In this document: positions 1-24,620 of the stretch, piece after piece
Layout of the letters: each line of letters starts with the position of its first letter
Position numbering within the stretch: the first letter of the stretch is position 1
NCBI RefSeq assembly: GCF_009914755.1
Contig: NC_060943.1
DNA length: 64,000 bases
Strand: one strand, 5' to 3'
Origin: the human T2T-CHM13v2.0 reference genome, Homo sapiens
Notes under the pieces: model-generated
Databases searched by the model: none
Seen by the model: only the letters and a program-made list of their open reading frames with translations
What the model was told of the DNA's origin: nothing
Program-made: the position numbers and the translations under genes

Positions 1-93
1 GGAACTCTCACAACTTCTGACAAGACCACTGGGTTTTTAGCCCTACTTTTTCCCCAAACCAACAAAAGCTCAGTCAAGCACAAGGGAACTTAC

Positions 94-118
94 TGTGTGA
101 ATAGGTGTCTTCGGCCAT
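94..118 (-). CDS. DUXA: DUXA (double homeobox A) first coding exon; rest of the gene lies left of the window
   Basis: Minus strand reads ccagcATG GCC GAA GAC ACC TAT TCA CAC A|gtaagt = MAEDTYSH plus a phase-1 consensus donor, matching the DUXA N-terminus as I recall it. Consistent with gene order DUXA-ZNF264-AURKC. Confidence 0.9.
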
Positions 119-159
119 GCTGGAAGAGAGTCCTGAAGGCTGAGCCACTGTCTGGGAGA

Positions 160-270
160 CAAGTCACTCTGCGCAGAGACTGGGTTTTATATGCGTAGCC
201 AGGTGGTCCCGCCCACTTTTTTAAACCATTTACATAAATCTCTAGTTCCACCCTTAGTAATTGTATCACT
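160..270 (-). promoter_or_regulatory. DUXA core promoter: TATA box, GC box, near-DUX motif
   Basis: TATAAAA on minus strand at 191-185, ~70 bp upstream of the ATG; CCCGCCC at ~208-214; TAATTGTATCA at 258-268. Confidence 0.7.
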
Positions 271-699
271 CCTTAGAAACATGTATCCTCCATCTAAAAA
301 GGACTAGATAGGACCCCTTTCCGTCAATTGATATTTAATAATTTACACCAGTGTATAAATTATTACCAACCCCTACACCTAAGCCATCACAAGAAGAACA
401 TTTCGGCCCATGCCAACTCACATACACAGAGTCATGCTCCTTGGCTCCCCCAACCCCCTTGTGGGAAAAAAATTCGTCCCAAATCACTGGAACCTGAACA
501 GGGAGACAAGCTTGCAATAGTTGCCAATTTTTTAAAAAAGAATATTTTTGAGTACTATTCTGCTTACACATATTTTTCAATGCTTATTATATACATATAG
601 TCTTTTGTAAATGGGGTTTTTATGCTCTCCACCTATCTTTTGACATAGTGGCCTCTCCTTATAAATTAAAAGTGTTATTTCTAATTAGTATCACATAAG

Positions 700-872
700 A
701 GTGAGGCTAGTGAGACAGGAACAAAATTTAAGGTGGTGCTAAAAATTCTGTGATCAAGATAAATAGTATTTGAAAGCAATGTATATTTTAAGTAATGTAA
801 AAAGTCCATCTTAACAAAACATAAAGATTGTAAATAAAAAGAAGATCCCACCCTGCACGTGCACGACCCTGC
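700..872. mobile_element. Small hAT-type DNA transposon relic (MER91/MER96-like)
   Basis: Resembles recalled consensus blocks (caaaatttaagg...tcaagataaata...ccctgcacgtgcacgaccctg); family uncertain. Confidence 0.4.
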
Positions 873-1518
873 AAGTTATGCAAGTGAGGGTACCTGCGCA
901 TTGAAAAAAGATGTCTCACCATTGACCAGTCATTGATCAGTCATTGATCAGTCTTGAGGGAAGCTGGCTGGTGGCTGTCACTTTTTATAGCTGTAATCTA
1001 CAATAGTGCAGGATAAAAGGGAAAATTTTATTACATGTCTATATTTGTGTAATTTTTTAACTGTTATTAAGAGCACATAAAGAAGTGATATGAATTTCAT
1101 TTATTGATATATTTGACTATCCATAAATAAAATTTGGCCAGATATCAAGCCATTTTGGAGAAACAATTTCGAACCAGGAAAATGACATGAAATAACATTT
1201 AACAGGAAAATTTTACACTTTATTTAATTAAAACAATGATAAATTGTTTTTCTTTTCTGTATATGACATTTCATCACAATATTTTTTCACCAAATTTGTC
1301 TGGAAATCTAGAGCAGAATTTTCTGCTGTTTGTTTATATTGATGTTTATATTTTGATGTAAATTATATGTACATCTACTTGAACATTAGTATTACAATTA
1401 TAAATGTGCTTTAAATTAATTGACACAATATTGGATATTCATTATAATTATATTATCATTAAATATATTATATTAATATATAATATTAATAATATAATCT
1501 TGATATACCATATAACAG

Positions 1519-3215
<1,697 letters not shown>

Positions 3216-4382
3216 TTGATCCAACCTCACTGTTTGTGTCCACGCTCCTTAATTTTCTTGGTCATGAGACCACGAGCTTAGATAACACCTTAGACAATGA
3301 GACCAGTGACCCTGACCTGTTTCAGTTTAGTTATTTAAAATATTTTTCTTTCTTTTTTAAATTGTATTTATTTATTTATTTGTTTTGAGAGGGTCTTGCT
3401 CTGTCGCCCAGGCTGGAATGCAGTGGTGCAACCATGGCTCACTGCAGCCTCCGACTCCTGGGCTCAAGCGATCTTACCCCCTAGGGCTCCAAAAGTGCTC
3501 TGAGAGTAAATGCATGAGCTACCATGCCCAGCCATCAAATTTTCAATCATTATAAATCTTAGAGCTGGAAATAATATCTCATTGTTTTATTTTTAATTTG
3601 AGCGCTAGCGTGCTTGAACACTTTTAATCAAATGTATTTGCCATATTTTATTTTTCTTTTATTAGCTTTCAGATTCTTTGCTTCTTTCTTAGGTAGAACA
3701 TTTCTTTGAGACTTAAATATTATGCTGCATTTGTCCTATGTCCTGCAAGTGTTTTCTTAATTCAGTATTTTAAAATAATATTTTGTTTTTATGTTTTTTG
3801 TATCTTTATAGCATTCTTCTAAATTGGATCTATGTTTATTTTAATTGTCTAGTCAAAGTACTGACAAGGAGGAGTGAACTTCCTGAAAACGGAGAACAAG
3901 ATGTGATGCCTTTTAGTAAATGTTTACCAAAAGACACAGGATTCCATTTCCAATTCCATATCGAGAACCTTTAAAATTGTACATAAAAATGCAGGTGAAG
4001 TCGTGGAGAAGGGAGGCCAACAGTGCACACAGGTAGTGCCTCTGGGGAAGAATCAGAAGTCATCCTGCATCCTAAATTCCTGACCTGACTTTTCTGCAGG
4101 GCGAGTATCTGACCTGTGCTACACCATCAGCAACACAAAGAAAACTTGATGAGCTTTTATTTCCTTTTATTTGTATGTTTCACTCCAGTTTTCAATTCCG
4201 TGCCCTCAAAAGCCCGGATATCATCACCGGTACCTCTTTTAAGCTTCACCTCTCTGTGCGGCTCCACAAGTATGTTGGTCTCCCTGAGAGAGTGGGGCCT
4301 GCAACCTGCTGGGCGCAGGCGCCTTGAGCTGCCACGTCTGCCCTTTTACCGGCTTGGGTGCAGGCAAGGGAAATGCGTCCCC

Positions 4383-4748
4383 GGGCCGGGGGGCGCGAGC
4401 GGGGGTCCGGGGGCGCGAGCGGGGGTCCGGGGCCGCGAGCGGGGGTCCGGGGGGCGCGAGCGGGGGTCCGGGGGGCGGGGGCCGCGAGGGGGGCGGGGGC
4501 CGCGAGGGGGGCGGGGGCCGCGAGGGGGGCGGGGGCCGCGAGGGGGGCGGGGGCCGCGAGGGGGGCGGGGGGCCGCGAGGGGGCGGGGCGTGCGAGGGGG
4601 CGGGGGCGCGCGAGGGGGCGGGGGCGCGCGAGGGGCGGGGCGCGCGAGGGGGCGGGGGCGCGCGAGGGGGCGGGGCGCGCGAGGGGGCGGGGCGCGCGAG
4701 GGGGCGGGGCGCGCGAGGGGGCGGGGGCGCGCGAGGGGGCGGGGCGCG
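4383..4748 (+). repeat. G/C-rich minisatellite (18-21 nt units) within a CpG island of ~4300-5020
   Basis: Three unit variants in sequence: gggggcgcgagcgggggtccg, gggggcgggggccgcgag, ggggcgggg(g)cgcgcgag; about 19 units; almost no T. Confidence 0.95.
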
Positions 4749-5049
4749 TCGGGCTCGTCCTTTCCGCGGCGCTCAGTGGCAGCAGGGAGGGCCGGTGAGA
4801 TGCCAGAGCAAGGTAGGGTCCTGTATTTGGGGACCGCTGACGTTTGGGTCCCCCTCCCGCGGCTGTTAGCGCTGCGTGGCCCGAGACCTGCGGTCGGGCG
4901 GGGATTAAGGCTGCTTTCCGGAGGGCCCCGGCCGCGTGGTCGCCCTGCCAGAGCGGTTGATGTCAGGCAGTGCTGGGAGGCGTTGCTCTCCGGGTTCGCT
5001 TCTCTCCTGTTGTCCTAACTCTGCATCTCTCCCGGGTGAATCACAGAGC

Positions 5050-5616
<567 letters not shown>

Positions 5617-6212
5617 TTATTCCAAATAGCAAACATTTACCAAGCCCTGAGTTATTAACTACGTATTTTCTTTTTGTAAACCTTACAATTGAGCAGGCAA
5701 GTAATAACATTATCTCCATATTTTTAATGTGAGGAAACTGAGGCCCAGGAAGACGTGTAATTTGCCCAATATCAGGTATTCAGTATATTGGAGATTTGAA
5801 GGACAAGTTATTTATTTTGAAAAATGTATACCTTTTCCAAAGTTCCAACAATAATTCAATGAACACATTTATTTTGCCCCAGAATTGCCAATGATGTTAT
5901 GTCCTATAAGGAGGCACCTAAGTATACAGTTTGTCCATTTGGGAGATTTGGATTTTGACTACTTGGTTAAGATGGTATCTACTAGATCTCTCCACTCTTT
6001 CTTCTTTGTAATTAATAAGTAATCTGTGGGTCAATTCTTTGCAATGTCTGAATAATATTAAGTCCCCCCACTTCAGCCTCTAGTTTTAGCCTCTGTTGAT
6101 GATTCTTCCCTGAATCTGTGATCACTGCTTGTGGGGATTCTATTTCTATTACTTCTTTACATTTTATACTTATAAGTTGACACTCCTGTAAAGAACTTTA
6201 CCCATCCCATTC

Positions 6213-6780
6213 TTTTTTCTTTTTTCTTTTCTTTTTTTTTGTTTTTGAGAAAGAGTCTCACTCTTGTCGTCCGGGCTGGAGTGCAGTGGCGCGATCTAGG
6301 CTCACTGCAGCCTCCGCCTCCCGATTTCAAGTGATTCTCCTGTCTCAGCTTCCCAAGTAGCTGAGACTACAGGCGTGTGCTACCACACCCAGCTAATTTT
6401 GTTTTTTTTGGGTTTTTTTTTGTTTTTGTTTTTGTTTTTTTTTAGTAGAGATGGGGTTTCACCATGTTGGCCAGGCTGGTCTCAAACTACTGACCTCAGG
6501 TGATCCACCCCCCTCGGCCTCCCAAAGTGTTGAGATTACAGGCGTGAGCCACCGCGCCCGGCCCACCTCAGGTGATCCACCCCTCTCAGCCTCCCAAAGT
6601 GTTGAGATTACAGGCGTGAGCCACCGCGCCCGGCCCACCTCAGGTGATCCACCCCCCTCGGCCTCCCAAAGTGTTGAGATTACAGGCGTGAGCCACCGCG
6701 CCCGGCCCACCTCAGGTGATCCACCCCTCTCAGCCTCCCAAAGTGCTGAGATTACAGGCGTGAGCCACCGCGCCCGGCCC
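6213..6780 (-). mobile_element. AluS with its 5' 72 bp tandemly quadruplicated
   Basis: acctcagg anchor at 6493, 6565, 6637, 6709 (period 72). Confidence 0.95.
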
Positions 6781-6929
6781 ATCCCATCCCATCCATTTTA
6801 AGTTAGTTAATTATTTTAGAAGCCACATGGAGTGGATGATTTTTATCTGCGGCATTATAATCCATTTATCTCATTGTATTGGTGCTCACACTACCCAGCA
6901 TTAGCCTCTCCAAACTCAAGTAGGCTTGA

Positions 6930-7706
6930 CTTTCTTATTTCTATCACAGAGCTCCTGAAACCCTTGGAATTTCCTGTGTGTTGAAATGTCTTTTGTTATT
7001 TTTAATGACTTTTTGATCACATCTCAGTTTATACCAATGAGATGGCTTAGGGTGGAGACCCTAGACAGCCTCAAGATGAAGCTGGTCACCAGAAAGATTA
7101 GAGAGTTGGAACTTTCAGTCCTACCCACCAACCTCTGTGAAGTGGAAAGGGTGGGATGGCTTGACATGAAGCTCTATAAAAACTCTTGGACAACAAGATT
7201 TTAGCTTTCCAGATTGCTGAACACATTCAGTGTTCCTGGAGAGGGCATGGAAGCTCCACACCTCTTCTCACATACCTTGCCCTGTGTATCTTTTCTGACT
7301 GTTTGTTTGTATCCTTTGTGATATCTTTTATTATAAAACAGTAAACATAAGCAAAGTGTTTCCCCAAGTTCTATGAGCCATTCTAGAAATGAGTTCTAGG
7401 GGGTTGTGGGAACCCCAATTCTAATGTAGTTGGTCAAAAGCACAGGCCACAACCAGGTGATTGTGACTGGCATCTGAAGTGAAGGGCAATTCTGTGGGAC
7501 TTAGTCCTCAACCTATGGGATGTGACACTTCCTTCAAGTAGATAGTGTCAGATTTGAATTATAGGACACCTACTGGTGTCTCCTGGAAAACTGGGATGGA
7601 TGAAAAAACCTCCACTCATTTGGTCACACAAATGTTCTGTTTTGAGTGAGTTGAAAGAAAAGAACAGTTAGTTTTTTTGCTTTAGATGTGGTGTCAGAAA
7701 TGGGAT
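6930..7706 (+). mobile_element. MER21-like ERVL LTR followed by a tRNA-Leu primer-binding site
   Basis: MER21-type blocks (gagggcatggaagctcc, cataccttgccct, gtatcctttgt); tggtgtcagaaatgggat at 7689-7706 is one mismatch from the Leu PBS TGGTGTCAGAAGTGGGAT. Confidence 0.7.
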
Positions 7707-8994
7707 GTTGAATGATTGTGTAAGAGTGGGAGCACTTGGCAGAGAAGTCAAAGATGGCGGCTGTAGCTGCTGTTCGCTGGCTGGGGCTCTGCAGCAGGCT
7801 TGACCAGCCACTGACGGGTCAGCCAGCAGGTCTATGTGAACAAGCACACAGCTGAGATTTTATTCTGGAAGTGCAACCCTCTCAAATATTGAAGGAACTG
7901 ATATAACAGGGATTGAAGAAGTAGTAATTCCAAAAAAGAAAACTTGGGATAAAGTAGCTGTTCTTCAGGCTCTTGCATCCACAGTAAACAGGGTTCCCAC
8001 GGCTGTACCTTGCGTGTTTCAAGATAATCCTTACCTCATACCAACATCCTCTTCAGAATCTCGTTCATTTTTACTGGCAAAGAAATCCGGGGAGAATACG
8101 GCCAAGTTCATTATTAATTCATACTCCAAATATTTTCAGAAAGACATAGCTGAACCTCATACACTGTGTTTAATGCCTGAGTACTTTGAACCTCAGATCA
8201 AAGACATAAGTGAAGCCACTCTCAAGGAATGAATCAAGCTCAGAAAAGTCAAAGTCTCTGTGGACATGTTTGATGAGCTTTTGCAAGCAGGAACCACTGT
8301 GTCTCTTGTAACAACATATAGTCTCTTGGATTTATTGTGTTACTATGGTGACCAGGAGCCCTCAACTGATTATCAGTTTCAACAAATTGAACAGTCAGAA
8401 GAATTGGAAGAGGAAAATAATAAGAGGTCTAGGAGGAAAGCTGGTGATCAATTTGGAGTTACCTGGTGAGCACAAAACAACGCTGAGAGAATGTTTTCTC
8501 TAATGCCAGAGAAAAATGCACATTCCTATTGCACAGTGATCCGAGGAATGGTGAAGCATCAAGCTTATGAGCAGGCATTAAACCTGTACACTGAGTTACT
8601 AAACAACAGACTCTGTGCTGATGTATACACATTTAATGCAGTGATTGAAGCAACAGTATTGGTGATAAATGAGAAATTTGAGGAAGAATGGAATAATATA
8701 CTGGAGCTGCTAAGACAAATGGTTGCACAGAAGGTGAAACCAAATCTACAGACTTTTAATACCATTCTGAAATGTCTCCGAAGATTTTATGTACTTGCAA
8801 GATTGCCAGCCTTACAGATTCTATGTGAAATGAAAGCCATCAGACTAGAACCCTCGCTTGCAACATATCACCATATTATTCAGCTGTTTTATCAGCCTGG
8901 AAACCCTTCAAAGGGATCATCTTTCATCATCTATGATATAATGAATGAATTAATGGGAAAGAGATTTTCCCCCAAAGGACCTGGATGATGATAA

Positions 8995-9374
<380 letters not shown>

Positions 9375-9776
9375 TACATGGCCTTTTAAATACCAGAGAC
9401 AACTGAAAATTCATTGGACCTGATAAACGGCATAATTCCTATTATTCCATGTTCTTCAATTTGATTTGTCTAATGGAACGAATTGATGTCACCTTGAAGT
9501 GGTATGAGGACCTGATACCTTCAGCCTTCTTTCCCCACTCCCAAATGTTGATAGATCTCCGAGCATTGGATGTGGCCAACTGGCTGGAAGTGATTACTCA
9601 AATTTGGAAAGATAGTAAAGAATATAGTCACACTTTCTGCAACAACCTGAGAGAAGAGATCCTGACACTCATGGCAATGGATAAGCACCCACCAGAGCTT
9701 CAGGTAGCATTTGCTGACTGTGCTGCTGATATCAAATCTACGTATGAAAGCCAGCCTGTCAGACACACTGCTCTGA

Positions 9777-10118
<342 letters not shown>

Positions 10119-10276
10119 AGCTGTCCTCTTTTTAATGGCTGGGAGAATCCAGGAAGCCTGGAAAATGTTGGGGCTTTTTAGGAAGCATAATAAGATCCCT
10201 AGAAATGAGTTGCTGAATGAGTTTATGGACAGTGCAAGAGTGTCTAACAGCCCCTCCCAGGCCACTGAGGTAGTAG

Positions 10277-10441
<165 letters not shown>

Positions 10442-10691
10442 TGAAAGTGGAGATTCGGGAGCAGCAATGGCCTCAGCGCAGCTGCTGGAATCACACCTGA
10501 GAGCGAGATATGCTAATATTTAACACTGTTACAAAGAAGACAAGATACAGATTGGGTGAATTTGTTACTGTGAGATACAGTCAGTACACAGCTGATTTAT
10601 GTAGATTTAAGCTCCTAATTTGCAACTTAATAACTGTCTATTAATACACCATTAAAGGTTTAGCATTTAAGTAGCAACATGGCCGTTTTCA

Positions 10692-11004
10692 GGCCAGGCG
10701 CAGTGGCTCACGCCTGTAATCCCAGCATTTTGGGAGGCCGAGGCAGGCGGACCATGAGGGCAGGAGATCAAGACCGTCCTGGCTAACACGGTGAAACCCC
10801 AACTCTACTAAAAAATACAAAAAAAATTAGCCGGGCGTGGTGGCGGGTGCTTGTAGTCTCAGCTACTTGGGAGGCCGAGGCAGGAGAATGGCGTGAACCT
10901 GGGAGGCGGAGCTTGCGGTGAGCCGAGTTTGTGCCACGGCACTCCAGCCTGGACAACAGAGCGAGACTCCGTCTCAAAAACAAACAAACAAACAAAAAAC
11001 AAAA
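10692..11004 (+). mobile_element. AluY in the pseudogene 3'UTR
   Basis: Dimeric Alu with (caaa)n tail; gccgttt-cag on both flanks. Confidence 0.9.
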
Positions 11005-11597
11005 ATTGCCGTTTACAGACACATGGTGAGGTCCATCGCTCTTGTCATCAGGATAAGCCTGCAACCTACAATGTTGGTGCGCTGACCTCGTGCTGCCGTC
11101 CTCGTGTGACTGCCCTCTCCCTGCTGCCGTCCTCGTGTGACTGCCCTCTCCCTGCTGCTGGGTCCTCATGCGATTGCCCTCTCCCTGCTGCTGGGCTTCT
11201 GCCTTTGTTGGCCTGATGTGCTGCTGTGATGCTGGTCCTTCATCTTAGAAAGGTGTTCATGCAGTTTTATCACAGGTGGTGTTGGGTCAATAGTTTCCCA
11301 ATTTCAGGATATTTCCATGTCAGAAATAGTGCATCTTAGGAATGACTAAACAGGATATTGTTGGTTTAGGCTGCACAACTGATAAAATGACTGTAAATAA
11401 ATGTTGTAATAAATGTAGAAAAAAGAGTGGGAACACTTATAAATATTTGGAAATTAAAATAGTGCCTTTTTAATTTGCATTTTTAGATTTTAAAAATAAT
11501 TATAGAGTTGCAGAAATTATAAAAAATAGTGCAGAGTTCTGTGTATTCTTCATCCAGCTTATTCAAATGATGACATATTTATATAGTACAATGTTAA

Positions 11598-12042
<445 letters not shown>

Positions 12043-12276
12043 TGCAATTTTAATTTTTTTAATGAAGCTGTAAAGGGAGACTTATACAATAGCATAATAT
12101 CCATTATTAGTAGCAAAGTAACAGTGTAAGAAACAGTACATCAGACTTAGTCAAAGGGCAAACAAAAGCCAAGTTTGGTGATCAGGGAAAACTCTGCATC
12201 CCCAAATGCTTATTGAGTAAAATGAAGGCCTACCAGTCAAAACACCACATTAAACCAGATGCTGGAAAAAGGATGG

Positions 12277-12634
12277 TGATATGGTTTGGCTCTGTGTCCC
12301 CACCGAAATCTCACCTTGAATTGTAATAATCCCCATGTGGCAAGGGCAGGGCCAGGAGGAGATAATTGAATCATGGGGATGGTTTCCCCCGTACTGTTCT
12401 GACGATGGTGAGTTCTCATGAGATCTGATGGTTTCATAAGGGGCTTCCCCCTTCACTTGGCTCTCACTTTTCTTACCTGCTACCATGTAAGATGTGCCTG
12501 TTTTACCTTCCGCCATGATTGTAAGTTTCCCCAGGCTTCCCTTGCCATGCAGAACTGTGAGTCAAACCTCTTTTCTTTATAAATTACCCAGTCTCGAGTA
12601 GGTCTTCATAGCAGCATGAAAACAGACTAATATA
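12277..12634 (+). mobile_element. THE1-type MaLR solo LTR
   Basis: tgatatggtttggctctgtgtcccc...gactaatata; 5-bp TSD gatgg/gatgc; TAATTGAATCA at 12363-12373. Confidence 0.9.
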
Positions 12635-12707
12635 GATGCCATGCTCCTCTAATACCAATGTTGCTCTGTGCATGTGTCTTTGTCTATGTAAGAAAGAACT
12701 GAAACTA

Positions 12708-15050
<2,343 letters not shown>

Positions 15051-15407
15051 GACACTGACCCATTGCTTGCCTGGCTCCATCATGCTCCAGGAGGAGTGCA
15101 ATTGAGTCTTTGAGGTTGTTAGGGCTTGTAAAGTTTGGAGGCTTTAAGTTGTACCTGCACCAGTTTTGGAGGTGGACACACACATTTGGGGATGCTAGGA
15201 CTCTGTTCCTCCCCCAACCCCCAGACTTTTAAGGCACCAAGGAATATAAATATCATTTATTATTTTCCAGGCAGGTGCCAAGCCCTTTTTATTTAATATT
15301 CCATACAAAATTTGAAAAATTAAAAACAACCTAAAGTGGAGATTTCTACCTCTACTTTTTCAGATGAGAAAATTGAGAAATCAAAAGTTCTGAGACTCAT
15401 TTTTTAA

Positions 15408-18721
<3,314 letters not shown>

Positions 18722-18799
18722 TAAGCCTTTTTTACTGTATTTATTTGAAGATTAAAGATGGTTTAAGGTGACAAGGGGTAGAGTATGATTGCCAACTAT

Positions 18800-20075
18800 A
18801 TGTGTAAACTTGTTTAGGCTGTACTACCCAGAAATTGTATTAAACACTGACCAGGGTATTGTTATGAAGGTATTTCATAGAAACGGTTAACATCTATAAT
18901 CAGTTATTTTGATAATGTAGGTGGTTCTTATCTAATCAGTTGAAAGGCCTTAAGAGAAAAACAGGGTTCCCTGGGGAAGAAATTCTGCCTCAAGACTGCA
19001 CCTTCAGCTCCTATCCACGTTTCAATTCTGCTGGCCTGAACTCTAGCCTACAGATTTGGGACTGGCCTGTCCCTGCAATCACATAGCCCATTTCTTCTTC
19101 TATCTTTTTTTAAAATTTTTATTGTAGGCAAGGTGGGTGGCTCACACCTGTAATCCCAGCACTTTGGGAGGCCAAGGTGGGCGGATTATGAGGTCAGGAG
19201 TTCAAGACCAGCCTGGCCAACACAGTGAAACCCCATCTCTACTAAAAGATATAAAAAATTAGCCAGGCACAGTGGCGGGCACCTGTAATCCTACCTACTC
19301 AGGAGGCTGAGGCAGGAGAATTGCTTGAACCCAGGAGATGGAGGTTGCAGTGAGCCAAGATTGCAACACTACACACCAGCCCGGGTGACAGTGCCGAGAC
19401 TCTGTCTCAAAAAAAAAAATTATTGTGGAGGAATGGTCTCACTATGCTGCACAGGCTAGTCTCTTAACTCCCGGCCTCAAGAGCCGGGTCTGTCCTGTAG
19501 ACCCTGGCTGAGCGATGGATGAAAGGAGTACTCAGACACAGGTATGTAGTGTAAGAGCAGCTAGGGGACTGCTGAAGAGTGAGCAGTCTTGATAAGCTGG
19601 GACTGCTTGCTTTTATTCAGTACAGACATAATGCCAAAAGCCTGGAGCCAACACAGTCTGTGGGTAATTAACATTATTGTTCCCCCTTTTGGGGGCAGCC
19701 TCACTCGTGAATGATCAAATGTTGGTTCCTAGTTAACATAAGTAAACAAGCCTGTTTATGTTAAATTCCCCTACACTTCCTTGTACCTACTCCTTGCCCT
19801 CTGCCTTAGGGTAAGAGAACAGCTGCTTTCAGCTTATTCTCCCGTGAAGCTATGCAGAGACTTCTGACCTTTCAGAAGGTTTGCGTCCTTTTCTTATAGC
19901 TTCTCCCACCACTCTGACCGATCTCCTACACTCAAGCAATCCTCCTTCCTCAGCCTCCCAAAGTGCTGGGATTACAGGCATGAGCCACCGCACACCACCC
20001 CCATTTCTTGCAGTAAAATATGTGTGTGTGTGTGCGCGTGTGCGCGCGTGTGTATTCCATTTCTCCCTAATACCA
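18800..20075 (+). mobile_element. Old MLT2-type LTR interrupted by nested Alus and an LTR22
   Basis: MLT2-like blocks (aatcagttgaaaggccttaagag, aaattctgcctcaagactgc); cccatttctt duplicated at ~19088 and ~20000. Confidence 0.6.
19481..19930 (-). mobile_element. LTR22 (HML-5) solo LTR inserted inside an Alu monomer
   Basis: Minus strand starts TGTAGGAGATCGGTCAGAGTGGTGGGAG; 5-bp TSD ctcaa (19476-19480, 19931-19935). Confidence 0.8.
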
Positions 20076-20238
20076 TTTCTCAGCTGCATGAATCCTTAAC
20101 TCATGAAAGATACTTTTTATCCTCTTGACTCTACAGTTAATGGAAAATAAAAATCATCAATAGTGACTTCTAAGATTGCTTAATATACCTTTCTGGGAGG
20201 ACAGTTAGAACTCCTAATGTGAGCTTGTCAGTTTCTTG

Positions 20239-23150
<2,912 letters not shown>

Positions 23151-23539
23151 TTGTCATCAACCATTTAATGATGTAGACTTGGTCCCCGGCTCATGCTCTG
23201 TGTATTTTCTTCTCCATCTACATGCATTGCCTTGATGGTCTCACTCAATATCATGACTTGAAATAACAGTGTAAGGTAACTCCTAAATTCATATATTCAT
23301 GCTCAAACCTTCTTCCAACATTCAGTCGTAAGTCGAATTGCCTGTGACAGAGATACTTTGTGGTTCTGTAGACATTTCAAACTAACCATCCTGAGCCTCC
23401 GAACCTCCTCCACTTGCAGCCTCCCCACCTCAGAAGTGGGCAAATCCACTTTTTGTGTGGTCTGGGCCAAATACATGACTCCCTGCATCACGTAGAGGCT
23501 GTGCTGGTCCAAAGAAGGCTCAAAAGAGGGCAGTTTGCG

Positions 23540-24620
23540 CACACAACGTGTCGGGGCAGGGCTTCCAGATGATCATTCGGCTTTTTTGTGTCTTCCAAGA
23601 TGATGATCCGGGGAGGAGGGATGTGAAAGGGGGTCAGTCGCCAGGCGAGCTGAGGACCCAGTTCTGCGCCTTTGCCTGTGCCCTGACCTGAAGGAAAGTC
23701 CCTGTCTCCCGAGCTCCGATTTTCCCGAGAGAAGAATGCAATGTAACCCTTGCCCCTCGGTTCCCTCCCTCCATCCTTCCCCTCGAGTTGTGCCCACCGT
23801 AAAGAGGTGGGTCTGGAGCGTCTCCTCGGGTCCTGGAGTGCCTTTCCCTGGGAGGAAAACTTGCGCCGTGAAGCGTTCCTCCCGTTGTTGAACACATGAG
23901 GAAAACTACACTACTTAGAAGGCTGTGCATTATGCGTACGGCGGGAGCTGGGCCAACGACGGCCTAGGACGGGGACGTTTCCGACGGCTCACGCCGGTGG
24001 GGGCGGGACTTCCGGGTTGCTCGCTGCGGACGCCATTTTCTTCTGCACTTCTGTCTGGAGAGGTCTGTAGCCACTGAGGGCCCCGGTCGGGGCCGCTTTG
24101 CAGGTCCCTAGTCAGGACCGAGCAGGGGAGTAGGATAGGAATCCCCGCCGCACCTTTGTACGAGCCTGACCCCTTCCGTGGGTTTGTTCCTGGGTCGCCG
24201 TCAAGCTGCGGTCTCTCCTCCCCCGCCCTTCAGCCCCGCGGTCTCCAGGGGCGGCGCCCTGGGTCTGGAACGCGGTTGCCACCGAGGAGGCGGCGGCCCT
24301 GCGTCTGGAACGCCGTTGCCACCGAGGAGGCGGCGGCCCCGAGCGCGCCTGGAAGCCCCGGGCAACCGGCCAGGGTCGGGCACAGGTGGGGTCCGTCAGG
24401 CCGCCCGGGGCTCCTCTGTCCCAGCTCTGCGGCCCAGGGGGTGACGTGATGGCGGCAGCGGTGCTGACGGACCGGGCCCAGGTGAGTGGACGGTGGCTTC
24501 GCGGTTGCCGCTTCCTTGCCAGCGCTGAGGCGGTTCCCGAAGTGGGTGGGAGCCCAGGTATCCCCTGGATTTGTCTTCGCAGTCGTCGTTCGCTTTGGTG
24601 TGTGGAGCTGGTTTGCCACT
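23540..24620 (+). promoter_or_regulatory. ZNF264: ZNF264 CpG-island promoter and 5'UTR
   Basis: CpG dense; GC box ~24000-24007; ETS core acttccgg 24008-24015; YY1 core cgccatttt 24031-24039; ACTACA ZNF143-like element 23905-23928. Confidence 0.85.
24449..24481 (+). CDS. ZNF264: ZNF264 coding exon 1 (MAAAVLTDRAQ)
   Basis: ATG 24449, 33 nt, donor CAG|gtgagt. Confidence 0.95.

Noticed and set aside
4116-5018. 300-aa Gly/Arg-rich ORF and two overlapping ORFs
   Set aside because: All three frames are open only because the VNTR lacks T; non-ATG starts and no domain.
7689-7706. tRNA gene
   Set aside because: Only an 18-nt complement of a tRNA 3' end (retroviral PBS); no cloverleaf.
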